From a virus (taxonomy: Duplodnaviria > Caudoviricetes), in the IMG/VR virus record IMGVR_UViG_3300028591_000090, positions 96,001 through 160,000 of that record: a DNA stretch of 64,000 nt; one strand, written 5' to 3'. The translations under genes were made by a program, and so were the position numbers. The notes beneath the pieces are model-generated. The model did no database searches. It was not told the DNA's origin and saw nothing but the letters and a program-made list of their open reading frames with translations. Below, piece by piece: positions 9,405 through 19,713 of the stretch (positions are counted from its first letter, which is position 1; each line of letters opens with the position of its first letter).

Positions 9405-9432
9405 AAAAGCCAAATCAAATGATTTGGCTTTT
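9405..9432. terminator. Bidirectional intrinsic terminator
   Basis: AAAAGCCAAATC-aaat-GATTTGGCTTTT between convergent genes. Confidence 0.9.
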
Positions 9433-9435
9433 CTG

Positions 9436-9813
9436 TTACTCTACTCTTTGTAAAATTCTTACTATCTTTTCTTTGAGTTTTTGTCCTAATCCATCTCTTG
9501 TACCTAATGCGTTATCCATTGCGTCAAAAGACAAATAATTACAGCAAACATCATTGTCAAAATCTTGCGATTTGCGATAAATACCCTTTATTTTAACCTC
9601 GCCATTTTCCAATAACCCAGATATACGATAATTATCGCCATCAAACTCAAAAGTTATATCAAAAGAATTATCCTCGTTTATATTTTTACTACAAATTCCA
9701 TCTTGTACGTTACAAAATACAGAAGCACACGAAACAAGGTTTGCGTGTTCCTCTGGATTTCCTAACATTTCATTTAAAATGTCATCGTATGAATATATTA
9801 CACTCTTACGCAT
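9436..9813 (-). CDS. Hypothetical protein (likely start MRKSVIY at 9813)
   Basis: ORF overlapping the stop of the upstream 986-aa gene. Confidence 0.65.
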   Translation of the reverse strand: MRKSVIYSYDDILNEMLGNPEEHANLVSCASVFCNVQDGICSKNINEDNSFDITFEFDGDNYRISGLLENGEVKIKGIYRKSQDFDNDVCCNYLSFDAMDNALGTRDGLGQKLKEKIVRILQRVE

Positions 9814-12766
9814 TTTCTTTTGGTTCTTCTTGTTTAGTTTCTTCTGCTTTAGGTTCTTCATTAGTTGTCTTTTCTACAGAAACAACGTCTTCGTCATTAA
9901 CAGTAGATGTAGAACCATCTCCATTTTCAACTTCTATCAACATATCTGCTACTGTTTTTTCAGAACCATCTTCTAATTTAATTTTGTCACCCTCTTGTGG
10001 ATTAACGCCATTATCTTCGTTAGATTCGCCATTAGTAGCATCATCTTTTAGTTTTTGTAATTCGCTCGAAACTTTTTGCTCAAGTTCTGCAATTTTCTTA
10101 TCGTCTGCTTCTCTTAATGATTTATATTTGTCATCAGAAAGAATTTCTTCTCTTAATTGTGCTAAAGTATCAAGCATTAAACCTTCTGCTTTCTTTTTCA
10201 TACGATTAGCGGCACGACCACCTTTATGTGTTGAACTTGCTTCTCGAATACCGTTATTAAATTCATCTTTTATTTCTTTTTCTTGTCTTTTGAAAGCTGC
10301 TATTGCATTATCAATATTTTCTCCATCGTATTCTTTTTCACCAAGTTTTTTATCGTACTCTGCTTTCATTCTATTGGCTATAACCTCTGGCAATTCTTTT
10401 GTATATTTGTGAATTGCATATTTTACTTGTGCACTACCAAGAAGACCAAGTTCTTTCAAATCAGTAGCATAGTCAAAACCTTTCTTTAATGCACCACCTA
10501 AAGTCAATGCACCACCTAAAGCACCCATAGCTGCTTTACCAATTCCCTTACCTACTTTTCCAAGACCTTTACCAACAGTTTTCATTGCATCAAGAAAACC
10601 CTCATTGACTGGTTTTAAGTCTTCTACGCAAATATTATAACCTCTACTGTCGATTATAAGAGAATCTTCACCTTTTTTATTTTTACCAAAATCTACACTA
10701 ACCCAATCAGAAGTATATGCACCTTCTAATACTTGTGCTTGTGTACCATCTTGATTAAATTTCACTCCTAAAACATAATCATCATCTTCAAAATAATGAG
10801 TTGGTCCAAAAGATTCAACAACTTTGTCGTAATCCTCTTTTATTTCAGTATCATCTACAGGGATGTCATTTTTTTTTTCGGTATCTGTTATATCAGTTGT
10901 TTCAGTTTGAAAATCTTCGTTTTCGTTTACTTGCCCTTCTGGTTTTACCTCCTCGCATTTAGCGTCTCTTTCGTGTGCTTGACCACATTTAGGACATTTG
11001 ATTATTTGATTATCTTCATTTGTAGATTCCAAACTTTCAATTACAGTATAATCAGTACCTTCACCCTCTTCATTTACCGTACCCTCAATTGGTTGGTTTG
11101 AACTATTGTCACCGTTTTCTGTAGAGCCATTATCACCACATTCATTACATTCTTCGCTTTCTTTGATTGGTTTTGCAAATCTCAAAGCGTCACTTGCTTT
11201 ACACAATTTTTCATAATTGCTCTTCAAATCGTTCATTCCACCGAATAAAACATCTTTAAGACTTTCAACATCTTTTCTATCTTCTTCATTCAAATCAGTA
11301 TAAGTAGCCTCATTTAACTTATTATAGGCTTCTTTATATTCTTCAATTTTCTTGTTGATTTCAGCCTTTTGTTCTTCGATTTTAGCAATATCTTTACGAA
11401 CATCTTTAATACTCATTTCAAAAACATTCGATACATCAAAACCAAACTTATTCAAACAAAACTCATACAATTTATATGCATTCATTTTATAAACGTCTGT
11501 TTTTGATTCTGAAACATAATCATATACAAAATATTCATTACCAATATTGAATATCATAGAAGATGCTCCACGTTTTTCGTTAATCATAAATTTAACAAAC
11601 GGCATATTGTATATGTTACTAACATTTTCCAATATTGTATACAAGCAAGATTTTGCTGTAGTGCTTTCAACAACTAAACTTTCGTTTTTCTTTGCCTCAT
11701 CAACATTAGTAACTTTCTTACCATTAATAAAGAAATCCAAGCATTGATTTTCGTTCAATTTGAAATCAACTGTTGAGTGAGATAATTTAGTTGTAACACC
11801 ATTATTAGTCAAATGGAAACCAAGAGATTCAAATGCTTTAACAGCACCATAGAATTTACTATTTTTATCAAATACATCTAAATCACTTATTTCATATACA
11901 TTAACTTTACCCTCTGAAATAACTCTTGCAACACCACTTTGTTTTTCTGGTGTAATTTTAATAAAGGTATTATCAACATAGAATGTAACATTTTTACCTT
12001 CTCTCAATACTGGACCAACATAATTATATACTTTAGTTTCTCCATTGCTTTGACCTAAATCAAAAGTATTAATTCCTTTTGATGCTCTTATACCACGCAA
12101 TGTAGATAACATATTGATAATAGAAGCGTTATTAACTGATTCTCCAAGTCTTATTGCCAAAACCTCTGGATTATATTCATTATCAACAACACTTTGTTTC
12201 AATGTACTAACTGCACTTGGATTCATACAATATCCACCCATTGAATCAGCATATTTAATAGTGTCAAGAACGCAAAGTTTTTCTTGATTATCATTTACAT
12301 AATTATTGATTTCATCTTGTGCGTTTCTTACAGCATCATAATCTTTATACTTGTCTAACAAACCACTAAGAGAATTCAAATACAAATATGACGGTCTTTT
12401 TGACGTTTGACAATCTTTCTGAATATCATTTAAACAAGTAGTCAATTCTGGTTCTGATTGAACTTCTGCTTTTACTTTATCGCACAAACCATTAACGTCA
12501 AATTCATTGCAACAAGCATCAATATATCCGTCAACGTCGTTTTTCTTTTCGTCTTCAATTTTATCATCAACAGAATTAATAATAGAAGACAAATCGCTAT
12601 TATTCATATATTGATTTACATCAGTTAAACCTTCTTTAAGGTCTGTCAAAAACTGCATATTGTTTTCAAACTTAATGTTCTCTAAAACTGCACGTAATAC
12701 TTTACTGTTATTCAATTCAGCGTTACTTTCAATGACCATCTGAATTTTGTTAATAAATTCTCTCAT
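9806..12766 (-). CDS. Large acidic protein, probable internal head/core or ejection protein
   Basis: 986 aa; coiled coil, acidic linkers, many (L/I/V)xE-(S/G/A) sites, Gly/Lys-rich amphipathic segment. Confidence 0.55.
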   Translation of the reverse strand: MREFINKIQMVIESNAELNNSKVLRAVLENIKFENNMQFLTDLKEGLTDVNQYMNNSDLSSIINSVDDKIEDEKKNDVDGYIDACCNEFDVNGLCDKVKAEVQSEPELTTCLNDIQKDCQTSKRPSYLYLNSLSGLLDKYKDYDAVRNAQDEINNYVNDNQEKLCVLDTIKYADSMGGYCMNPSAVSTLKQSVVDNEYNPEVLAIRLGESVNNASIINMLSTLRGIRASKGINTFDLGQSNGETKVYNYVGPVLREGKNVTFYVDNTFIKITPEKQSGVARVISEGKVNVYEISDLDVFDKNSKFYGAVKAFESLGFHLTNNGVTTKLSHSTVDFKLNENQCLDFFINGKKVTNVDEAKKNESLVVESTTAKSCLYTILENVSNIYNMPFVKFMINEKRGASSMIFNIGNEYFVYDYVSESKTDVYKMNAYKLYEFCLNKFGFDVSNVFEMSIKDVRKDIAKIEEQKAEINKKIEEYKEAYNKLNEATYTDLNEEDRKDVESLKDVLFGGMNDLKSNYEKLCKASDALRFAKPIKESEECNECGDNGSTENGDNSSNQPIEGTVNEEGEGTDYTVIESLESTNEDNQIIKCPKCGQAHERDAKCEEVKPEGQVNENEDFQTETTDITDTEKKNDIPVDDTEIKEDYDKVVESFGPTHYFEDDDYVLGVKFNQDGTQAQVLEGAYTSDWVSVDFGKNKKGEDSLIIDSRGYNICVEDLKPVNEGFLDAMKTVGKGLGKVGKGIGKAAMGALGGALTLGGALKKGFDYATDLKELGLLGSAQVKYAIHKYTKELPEVIANRMKAEYDKKLGEKEYDGENIDNAIAAFKRQEKEIKDEFNNGIREASSTHKGGRAANRMKKKAEGLMLDTLAQLREEILSDDKYKSLREADDKKIAELEQKVSSELQKLKDDATNGESNEDNGVNPQEGDKIKLEDGSEKTVADMLIEVENGDGSTSTVNDEDVVSVEKTTNEEPKAEETKQEEPKENA

Positions 12767-12791
12767 TAAAATAAAAATTTTTTCTTTTTTG

Positions 12792-14792
12792 TTATTTATT
12801 ATCTATTTCCGATTTTGGTTTCATTGTAACGATTGGAGATATTTCACTTCCGTCTTCAACATAACCAGGAATATGAACGTCTGACGCTATTTCATCATCT
12901 TTTTCATATGCCGATTGTAATTCTTGTATTTTTCTTAATCTTGTTTCCTCTATAGAGTATTCTTTCATAACTTGATTAAGATTATCTTTATATTCACCAA
13001 TTTGATATTGATTCAACCAAAAACCAGTATAGATTGTATTGCTTGCTCCTGTTGCATAATTAGTTGTTACAATATAGAAATCGTTAGTCGTTGATGTTAA
13101 AATTTGTGAAGCAAGTTTTTCATCAATATAAAACATAACTTGACCTTTATCTGGTCTTATAGTTTTATCTTCTGTGGAAGCCTCAACAGTTATTTTTGCA
13201 GAATTATTATTAATATCGAATACAAGTTTAACATCTGTACCACTACCACCAAAATTCAAGTTTTTAGGTTGCAATACACCGTTCTTTTCTTCATATATTG
13301 TAAACTTATAATACGAATCCATTGGCTTTAATATAATACGTAAATCATATTGTTTATAGATTATTCTACTATCTGTTAGATTCTCGTTCAATACAACGTC
13401 AGGCTCAACAGATACTTTATTATAATCTACATATAACGGATAAGAGAATTTTGTATTTATAACATTAGAAGAATCCTCTCTTAATGGTCTATCCATAAAT
13501 ATCTGTTCTTCGTACAATTCCGTAGCGTCTGCAGCACTCTTGAATACTCTGTTATAAATCTTATTTGGTGTTACATCGCCAAGACCAAAAATACCAACTG
13601 TATTCTTACCATATTTGTTTACATTTAATGACATACAACTACTTGTTCTAATTACTTGTTCACCAGTATTTTCATTCAATAAACGTGCTTGGTAATCAAT
13701 ACTAAAACTTGTATCTATTGGTGCATTTTTAAGAACAGGTCTAAATGTCATATACTCATCAAAATCATCTTCTTGGTATGAAGTCATTGTATATGTTTTC
13801 TTAATTTCACCATTTCTATCGTTTTCATATAATATAATTTGATGAATTATATCCCATTTATCGCCAGTAGAAGCAAGACGATTCATAAAATTCTCAACAG
13901 AACCATCTCCGTAACGCATACCGTATGTAAAATAATTACCGTCTGTTGCTTCTTCTATAGAAGCATTTACCATTTCATATTCATTAAATTGAGATATAGA
14001 AGCCTCGTAATGTTCCGATAAATTAAAGAACAAATAACTGTGGTCTTCTGTTTTTAACGTATAATCAGTTGAACATTCTTCCACAGAAATTGTTATCGGT
14101 GCATTTTTAGTAAAACCTTTATATCTTGTTTCATTTGTATATTTGGTAATATCTTCCCTCGACAACCAAGCAGCCGACGTATCTTTTCTTGATATTGCAG
14201 AATAATATTCGTTGTTTAACGCTTTTATTGACGGAATCTTAAACTCTACATATCTATCAAATTTTGCATTCGTTAAAAAGATTGGAAATGAATTATATGT
14301 AACCAAATCTGCATAATTTGCCGAATTAAGGTAAACTGATAAGAAATAATTATAAGTTCCGTCTGTCATTAAATTTCTTACCGTAAACACAAGTGCTGCA
14401 AAATTTGTCAATGTATATCCAGATATAAAATGAAATCTAACTGTATCAACATTGGTATGTATATAATCAATCATATCTCCACCCATTAAATCTGATTTAA
14501 TGAGTTTTTTATTATACTCAAATATATCATTCTTTTCATCAAATGTAGCAAATCTATCATTTTCGTATGGAAAAACAGTATATTTCTCAACATTATTTGT
14601 ATAATATGTTGCTCTTGGATAAGAATGTTTATCAGAACAATAGCATTGCTTTATTTTAGCAATTTGATTGTCTACAAGATACATTGCATAATCTTCTGTC
14701 TCGTTGTTTACGGTTACATCATTAAATATGTATTCAACAAGGCAATAGTCTGTTATTCTAATAAATTTACTGTTATTTGAGTTTGATTTCAT
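12792..14792 (-). CDS. Hypothetical beta-rich protein, probably a virion component
   Basis: 666-aa ORF within a structural operon. Confidence 0.6.
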   Translation of the reverse strand: MKSNSNNSKFIRITDYCLVEYIFNDVTVNNETEDYAMYLVDNQIAKIKQCYCSDKHSYPRATYYTNNVEKYTVFPYENDRFATFDEKNDIFEYNKKLIKSDLMGGDMIDYIHTNVDTVRFHFISGYTLTNFAALVFTVRNLMTDGTYNYFLSVYLNSANYADLVTYNSFPIFLTNAKFDRYVEFKIPSIKALNNEYYSAISRKDTSAAWLSREDITKYTNETRYKGFTKNAPITISVEECSTDYTLKTEDHSYLFFNLSEHYEASISQFNEYEMVNASIEEATDGNYFTYGMRYGDGSVENFMNRLASTGDKWDIIHQIILYENDRNGEIKKTYTMTSYQEDDFDEYMTFRPVLKNAPIDTSFSIDYQARLLNENTGEQVIRTSSCMSLNVNKYGKNTVGIFGLGDVTPNKIYNRVFKSAADATELYEEQIFMDRPLREDSSNVINTKFSYPLYVDYNKVSVEPDVVLNENLTDSRIIYKQYDLRIILKPMDSYYKFTIYEEKNGVLQPKNLNFGGSGTDVKLVFDINNNSAKITVEASTEDKTIRPDKGQVMFYIDEKLASQILTSTTNDFYIVTTNYATGASNTIYTGFWLNQYQIGEYKDNLNQVMKEYSIEETRLRKIQELQSAYEKDDEIASDVHIPGYVEDGSEISPIVTMKPKSEIDNK

Positions 14793-15082
14793 TACTCTCC
14801 ATTGATTTTTTGTGTTATAAACTTATCTATATTTCTTTCTATTATCAAATAAGACTGAAAATCTTTATCTTTCAACAAATTAAAAAAATCTTTTTCTCTT
14901 TTCTTTATTATTTCCTTTTCGACTGTTAATGAATGGCTTTTTAGTTCCAAATCATTCAATTTTTCCTTTAATTCGCCTATTTCTTTAGAAACAACAGAAT
15001 ATTCGTCTCCGACTCTTTTATACTCGGAAATAATTTCATTAATTTCGTCTTCATATTCCTTTTTTACACCTTCAACTACCAT
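14792..15082 (-). CDS. Small coiled-coil protein
   Basis: 96 aa, heptad-like E/K/L pattern. Confidence 0.6.
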   Translation of the reverse strand: MVVEGVKKEYEDEINEIISEYKRVGDEYSVVSKEIGELKEKLNDLELKSHSLTVEKEIIKKREKDFFNLLKDKDFQSYLIIERNIDKFITQKINGE

Positions 15083-15094
15083 AAACTACATTTT

Positions 15095-17362
15095 TTACAC
15101 GATTAAATTAGAATTATTACTTGCAACTATAAACATATTGTTTTTTATCTCTTCCAACAAAGCATTTGTTTGTTTAATGAAGGTTGCAAGACCAATAATA
15201 CCACTTGAATCACTATTATTTAACGGAATAGGAACAACTGTTGTTGTGTTTCCAGTTTCTTTTTCTCCTTCTTCTGTTGTTTCTTTTACCGGCTCTTCAA
15301 CTTTCGTTGTTTGTAGTGATAGACTCTGAATAGAATTCAATAATTCTTTTTGATTTACAGAAAAGACATCTATCAATTTATCTAATTTCTCCGTAATAGT
15401 TTCATTACTTCTATTATTAGAGATATTTGGCTCTATTGTTGTTTTATTTTCGGTTGTTTCAATAGGACGCAAGTCATTACTATATTTTTCTGATAATTTT
15501 GTCGAAATTTCGTTTTTATTTTGTATTTGTGTTAAATCTTTTACCTCTTCAAAGTTCTTTAACGCCTTTTTTAAGTCTTTTTTGTCTATCGTAGCATATG
15601 TTTCTATCAATTTAGACAAATTTTCCTTTGCATTATCAAAATTATAGTTATTAACTGTATTTAAAGAATCGGCAAGAGTTGTTATTGTTCCAGTAAAGTC
15701 CTTAACATTGGCATCTTTCAAATAATCAACGACATTGTTTATCGTCTTTTTAACACCTTTAATATCTGTTTTATCAATAGAAGACAAAGTATCTGTAATT
15801 GTCTTAAAATTAGATGAAAATTGGTCTATATTATTTGCTTCTGATATAGATTTGAATGCTTCTGTTAAAGATTTTGTTTTTGTAGAGAATATTTCTATAT
15901 TTTTATCTTTAACACCATTTAACGATTTAACAATATCATTGATAGAAGACTCCATTTTACGTAAATCCGACTTTTCAACGCTTGTTAAATTATTAACAAT
16001 AGTATTCATTTTGTCATTAAATGCGTTTGCTTCTTCTTTATCTGGCAATCGAGTAAAAGATGAATATAATTTATCTACTTTTTGATTAAATTCTCTTAAT
16101 TTACCAATTTCTACACTATCTAAAGAAGAAATCATTCTGTTTATATTCTTTCCTGCTTTAGAAAAATCACCTTTATTCATATCAGAAAGTGTTTCAACAA
16201 CATTATTGAAACTATCACTAAAATCACTTATCTTTTCTATGTTTTCTAAACTACCAAGATTATCACTTATTGTTGTAATATTATCGCCAAGTTGTTTTGT
16301 TGATTTTGTTATATCAACAAGTTCTGCGTTTATATCATTTGTATTTGATAAAGACTTAATAAGACGTTTAATCCCTTTCAAACCATCTTTCAAATCAATT
16401 TCTCCAACAGAAACAAAAGCATCATTAATATTTTTGAACTTCAAATCCAAATCTGCAATTCCTTTATCGTTAATAGAACTAAAAGAATTGATTGTTGCAT
16501 TCATTGATTTAGCAGATTCTTGCAATCCCTTATAATCTATACCTTTCATCATTTCAGAAAAAGTAGTAATACTATTTTCTGCATCAATGTTAAATACATC
16601 AAAGATATTTGTAAGATTATTCTTTGCTTTTTCTACTTTTTTCGGTGATATTTTATTTGTCGCTAAATCACTAAATGTTTTTGCTAATCCGTCTGCATTG
16701 ATTTGTTCTACCAGACTAGCAGCCTTATTTACAGTATCAATATTATTAAATTGTTCTTCTGTTATAGGTTTTATTTTCGATAAAGAACCAACTAAATCTG
16801 TTATATTTGTAGAAAAATCGGCAACAACTTTTGAGTTTATATCATCATTAAAGTTCTCCAAGAAATCAAAATTGAAATCTTTTAAATTCGCTAATCTTTC
16901 AAATATTTTTGGTATATTATCAAGTTCATCTACCTTTGTCGTTTTAATTGAATTAAGTACATCTAAATTATTTTGCAATCTTTTTAAGAATCTATCTAAC
17001 TTATTCATTTTACCGATATTCAAATCTTCTAATGACATAAAGGCATTGCCTAACATACCAATCTTGTCAGAGAAAAGTGAAATATCTTCTTCATTTATGA
17101 CATTCATATAAGACACAACTTCGGACATATCCTTTGTAGAATCTTTCAACGCCTTTGTTGTTTCTTCGTTTATATTTTCAAAAGATTGAACTTGATTATT
17201 ATTGTTTTCTCTTTCTTTTTGTTCGGCTAAAGTATCATTAATTCCCTCTAACAAAGAGACCATTCTTTGTTTATAACCGTCCGCATCAGAATTTAATATA
17301 GATTCTAATGAGTTATTAAGGAATAAATTTATATCTTCTAAAGATTCTTCTACCGATTGCAT
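15095..17362 (-). CDS. Long helical repeat protein, tape-measure / baseplate hub (gp29-like) candidate
   Basis: 755 aa with imperfect amphipathic helical repeats; located near the gp26/gp51-like genes. Confidence 0.5.
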   Translation of the reverse strand: MQSVEESLEDINLFLNNSLESILNSDADGYKQRMVSLLEGINDTLAEQKERENNNNQVQSFENINEETTKALKDSTKDMSEVVSYMNVINEEDISLFSDKIGMLGNAFMSLEDLNIGKMNKLDRFLKRLQNNLDVLNSIKTTKVDELDNIPKIFERLANLKDFNFDFLENFNDDINSKVVADFSTNITDLVGSLSKIKPITEEQFNNIDTVNKAASLVEQINADGLAKTFSDLATNKISPKKVEKAKNNLTNIFDVFNIDAENSITTFSEMMKGIDYKGLQESAKSMNATINSFSSINDKGIADLDLKFKNINDAFVSVGEIDLKDGLKGIKRLIKSLSNTNDINAELVDITKSTKQLGDNITTISDNLGSLENIEKISDFSDSFNNVVETLSDMNKGDFSKAGKNINRMISSLDSVEIGKLREFNQKVDKLYSSFTRLPDKEEANAFNDKMNTIVNNLTSVEKSDLRKMESSINDIVKSLNGVKDKNIEIFSTKTKSLTEAFKSISEANNIDQFSSNFKTITDTLSSIDKTDIKGVKKTINNVVDYLKDANVKDFTGTITTLADSLNTVNNYNFDNAKENLSKLIETYATIDKKDLKKALKNFEEVKDLTQIQNKNEISTKLSEKYSNDLRPIETTENKTTIEPNISNNRSNETITEKLDKLIDVFSVNQKELLNSIQSLSLQTTKVEEPVKETTEEGEKETGNTTTVVPIPLNNSDSSGIIGLATFIKQTNALLEEIKNNMFIVASNNSNLIV

Positions 17363-17396
17363 TTATATATAGTATTTTAATTATTTAGTTTTTTCT

Positions 17397-17948
17397 TTAT
17401 TCTATCTTTGGGTTGAGTCCAATCATTGACTCATTCCATTGAACCGTCTTAAAAACACCAGTTGCTTTATCTTTTGAAACAACACCGAACAAAGCATCTA
17501 TGTTTTTTGCATAATTACTAGCCGCCTTAAATTTTGCAATATTAACCAATGTAGTGTTATATGTTTTATAATAATTTTTCATTGCCTTTTCTGTTTTCTT
17601 CTTCGGCAATTGTGGGAATAAAGTATATTTTTGCGGTTTTATTTCAATAAGCCATTTAACAGTACCACCATACTTTGATTTTGTTTCCATAAAAACATCT
17701 ATATAATAAAAATGTTTTTTCTGGTCCAACGGACTGATATATTGCACTTTTACATTTTCTATTGAATAACGTATAACAGCATCACACCTATCTAACCATT
17801 TATAATATTCAAATTCCCAACCAGAACGGTAATATATCTGCTTTGTATCACCAATATACTTGTTTGTGTTTATTGGGTGAAACACTCCTTGATATGTTTG
17901 AGCATTTGGATTCGGCTTCAAAAAATCTTGTATACGTTCTCTTTCCAT
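17397..17948 (-). CDS. Head completion nuclease (T4 gp4-like, TnsA-N PD-(D/E)xK family)
   Basis: YQGVFHPINTNKYIGD, YRSGWE, YISPLD..HFYYIDV, LIEIKP..Q, VNIAKFKAA. Confidence 0.85.
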   Translation of the reverse strand: MERERIQDFLKPNPNAQTYQGVFHPINTNKYIGDTKQIYYRSGWEFEYYKWLDRCDAVIRYSIENVKVQYISPLDQKKHFYYIDVFMETKSKYGGTVKWLIEIKPQKYTLFPQLPKKKTEKAMKNYYKTYNTTLVNIAKFKAASNYAKNIDALFGVVSKDKATGVFKTVQWNESMIGLNPKIE

Positions 17949-17954
17949 TTTAAC

Positions 17955-17983
17955 AAAAAGAGGGGTATTTTTTCCTACCCCTC
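17955..17983 (-). terminator. Intrinsic terminator after the gp51-like gene
   Basis: Minus strand GAGGGGTA-N8-TACCCCTC-TTTTT. Confidence 0.75.
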
Positions 17984-18187
17984 AAAATTATTTATGTCAT
18001 TTTCTTCTGTCTCTTTTTGTTTCTTTTTCAATTCTTCTTCTATCTCATTAATAATATCCTCTCTAACTTCAAGACGATAACAGAACTCATAATATGGCAT
18101 TTTATTTATATCTCCTAATGTTATGCCAGGATAATCATGCATTAGAATCATTTCCTTTCTAAATAAGGTCATCAAGTTCACCTGCAT
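17975..18187 (-). CDS. Baseplate hub assembly / tail chaperone C-terminal unit (gp51-like); possibly made as a frameshift fusion
   Basis: LMHDYPGITLGDINKMPYYEF resembles the gp51/GT-type motif; overlaps the upstream gene in the +1 frame; internal ATG at 18187. Confidence 0.6.
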   Translation of the reverse strand: MQVNLMTLFRKEMILMHDYPGITLGDINKMPYYEFCYRLEVREDIINEIEEELKKKQKETEENDINNFEG

Positions 18188-19202
18188 ACGAGAAAAAATC
18201 TGCCACCGTGAATCCTCCCCGAAAAAAGAGTGGTCTCTCCAAGACCACACCACATTTAGGACATTTAGTCTTCACAGTAAACATATTAACACCGTCATTA
18301 AATTCTTTAATGAAACCATCAATAAAGAAGAATTTATTTCTACTCCAAGAAACAATATTACTTCTCATTTTATCAAAAGAAGATTCTCTTAATTTTCGCC
18401 AATCTCGAACAAAGAACGGCATCATCTTTGTCGCAAGTTTATCAACATCTATCCCCTCTGCTCTTAAATTCATTACATAATTTGTTAAAAACGTCAATGT
18501 ACCAAGAGTAGGAGCAAAAATATTTATATCTTCATTAAGTTTTTCAGAATGAATAGTAAAACATTTTTGTTCTGGATTATAATATTTCCAAATCTTTTCA
18601 CTTATACTAAATGATTCCATAAACATATCAGATACCAAAGGAATAGTACCCTTCCAACCACAAGTATCACTACAAACAAAAGGAATACCAAGTTGATTTG
18701 AACCGTCAGCAAAAGTTAATTCTCTAATTTTTGTCAATAGTGGAATACGGTCAAATTCAACCAAATCTTTCCAACTAAAATCTGTCTTTTGACGGCTTCT
18801 TGCTTGAAAACATCTTTCAAGTATCATGTTTAATTTTTCAGACACATCAAGTTTGTCTGATTTATCAATCGTGGACCATTGTTTCAATTCCATATTGTTT
18901 GCAGAACGAATAGATATTTCTATATCGCTTGGATAAAAATATCCTCTACTTGGAATCATATTCTTATCAATTACAACCCAACCAAATTCATTTGAAGCAC
19001 TTATATTAGACCCATCTTTAACAATTGGTTCTAATTCCCTCAACATAAGTTTTCCTTCTTCATTACGATAAGTCATACCATTGTCTTCGTATTGTATACT
19101 TGACTTTGGCTTCTCTTCTTCTTGTGTGAAATTTTCTGGGTTTTCCTTTTCGAGCATAGCCAATAATTCCTCTTGTGAGGAAGCAGTTGTTTTCTTTGCC
19201 AT
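18159..19202 (-). CDS. Baseplate hub assembly chaperone (gp26-like)
   Basis: IPSRGYFY, DLVEFDR..LL.KIRELTF, two Cys pairs (CSDTC, CPKC), ends near DFF. Confidence 0.7.
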   Translation of the reverse strand: MAKKTTASSQEELLAMLEKENPENFTQEEEKPKSSIQYEDNGMTYRNEEGKLMLRELEPIVKDGSNISASNEFGWVVIDKNMIPSRGYFYPSDIEISIRSANNMELKQWSTIDKSDKLDVSEKLNMILERCFQARSRQKTDFSWKDLVEFDRIPLLTKIRELTFADGSNQLGIPFVCSDTCGWKGTIPLVSDMFMESFSISEKIWKYYNPEQKCFTIHSEKLNEDINIFAPTLGTLTFLTNYVMNLRAEGIDVDKLATKMMPFFVRDWRKLRESSFDKMRSNIVSWSRNKFFFIDGFIKEFNDGVNMFTVKTKCPKCGVVLERPLFFRGGFTVADFFSYAGELDDLI

Positions 19203-19233
19203 TATAAAAAATTATTTTTCTATTAAACGGATA

Positions 19234-19707
19234 TTAACCTAAAATTGTTTTAATAGAATCATCAAAATTTCTTTTTAATGATTCATACAATCCGTCGTTA
19301 TTGAATAAAGTCTCTGGGTATACTTCTGATACTGACATATCTTTGTCATCACGAACATAAACACGTATTCTCTTATTTTGATAATCTATACGATAGTCAG
19401 AAATTTTTCCTGTAATACTCATATTTTTATTTCCGTCTGGACTTATTCTTATAGCGTTTACACTATCGCCAACCTTAAATGTTTCTTGAAATTCAGTCAC
19501 CAACTCATCAAACATATCTATCTTGTTCGTTTCTGGTCTTGACATATCATGTAACGGCAAACTATATACCTTAAAAGCAGGGTTGAATGCGGCACAAGAT
19601 GCCGTTATACCCATACCAAAATCTCCAGTCCACGGAAAACCTTGATATGGATTTCTCATTGCTCTAAATATACGTTCTGGTTCTTGACCGATACGAAATG
19701 GTGACAT
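19234..19707 (-). CDS. Hypothetical protein (SH3/KOW-like C-terminal part)
   Basis: 157 aa; FKVGDSV...ITGKI beta-barrel-like pattern. Confidence 0.6.
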   Translation of the reverse strand: MSPFRIGQEPERIFRAMRNPYQGFPWTGDFGMGITASCAAFNPAFKVYSLPLHDMSRPETNKIDMFDELVTEFQETFKVGDSVNAIRISPDGNKNMSITGKISDYRIDYQNKRIRVYVRDDKDMSVSEVYPETLFNNDGLYESLKRNFDDSIKTILG

Positions 19708-19713
19708 ATATCA

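Noticed and set aside
9741-17111. Long plus-strand ORFs (9741-10412, 15735-16085, 16206-16535, 16587-17111 and similar)
   Set aside because: Ser/Leu/Phe-rich antisense shadows of E/K/D/N-rich minus-strand genes.
17397-17948. Tn7 TnsA transposase
   Set aside because: Matches the T4 gp4-like stand-alone nuclease in a structural context; no tnsB/tnsC or transposon ends.
18190-18200. Classical -1 frameshift at T TTT TTC
   Set aside because: The -1 frame reaches TGA after about five codons; only the +1 frame reaches the gp51-like ORF.
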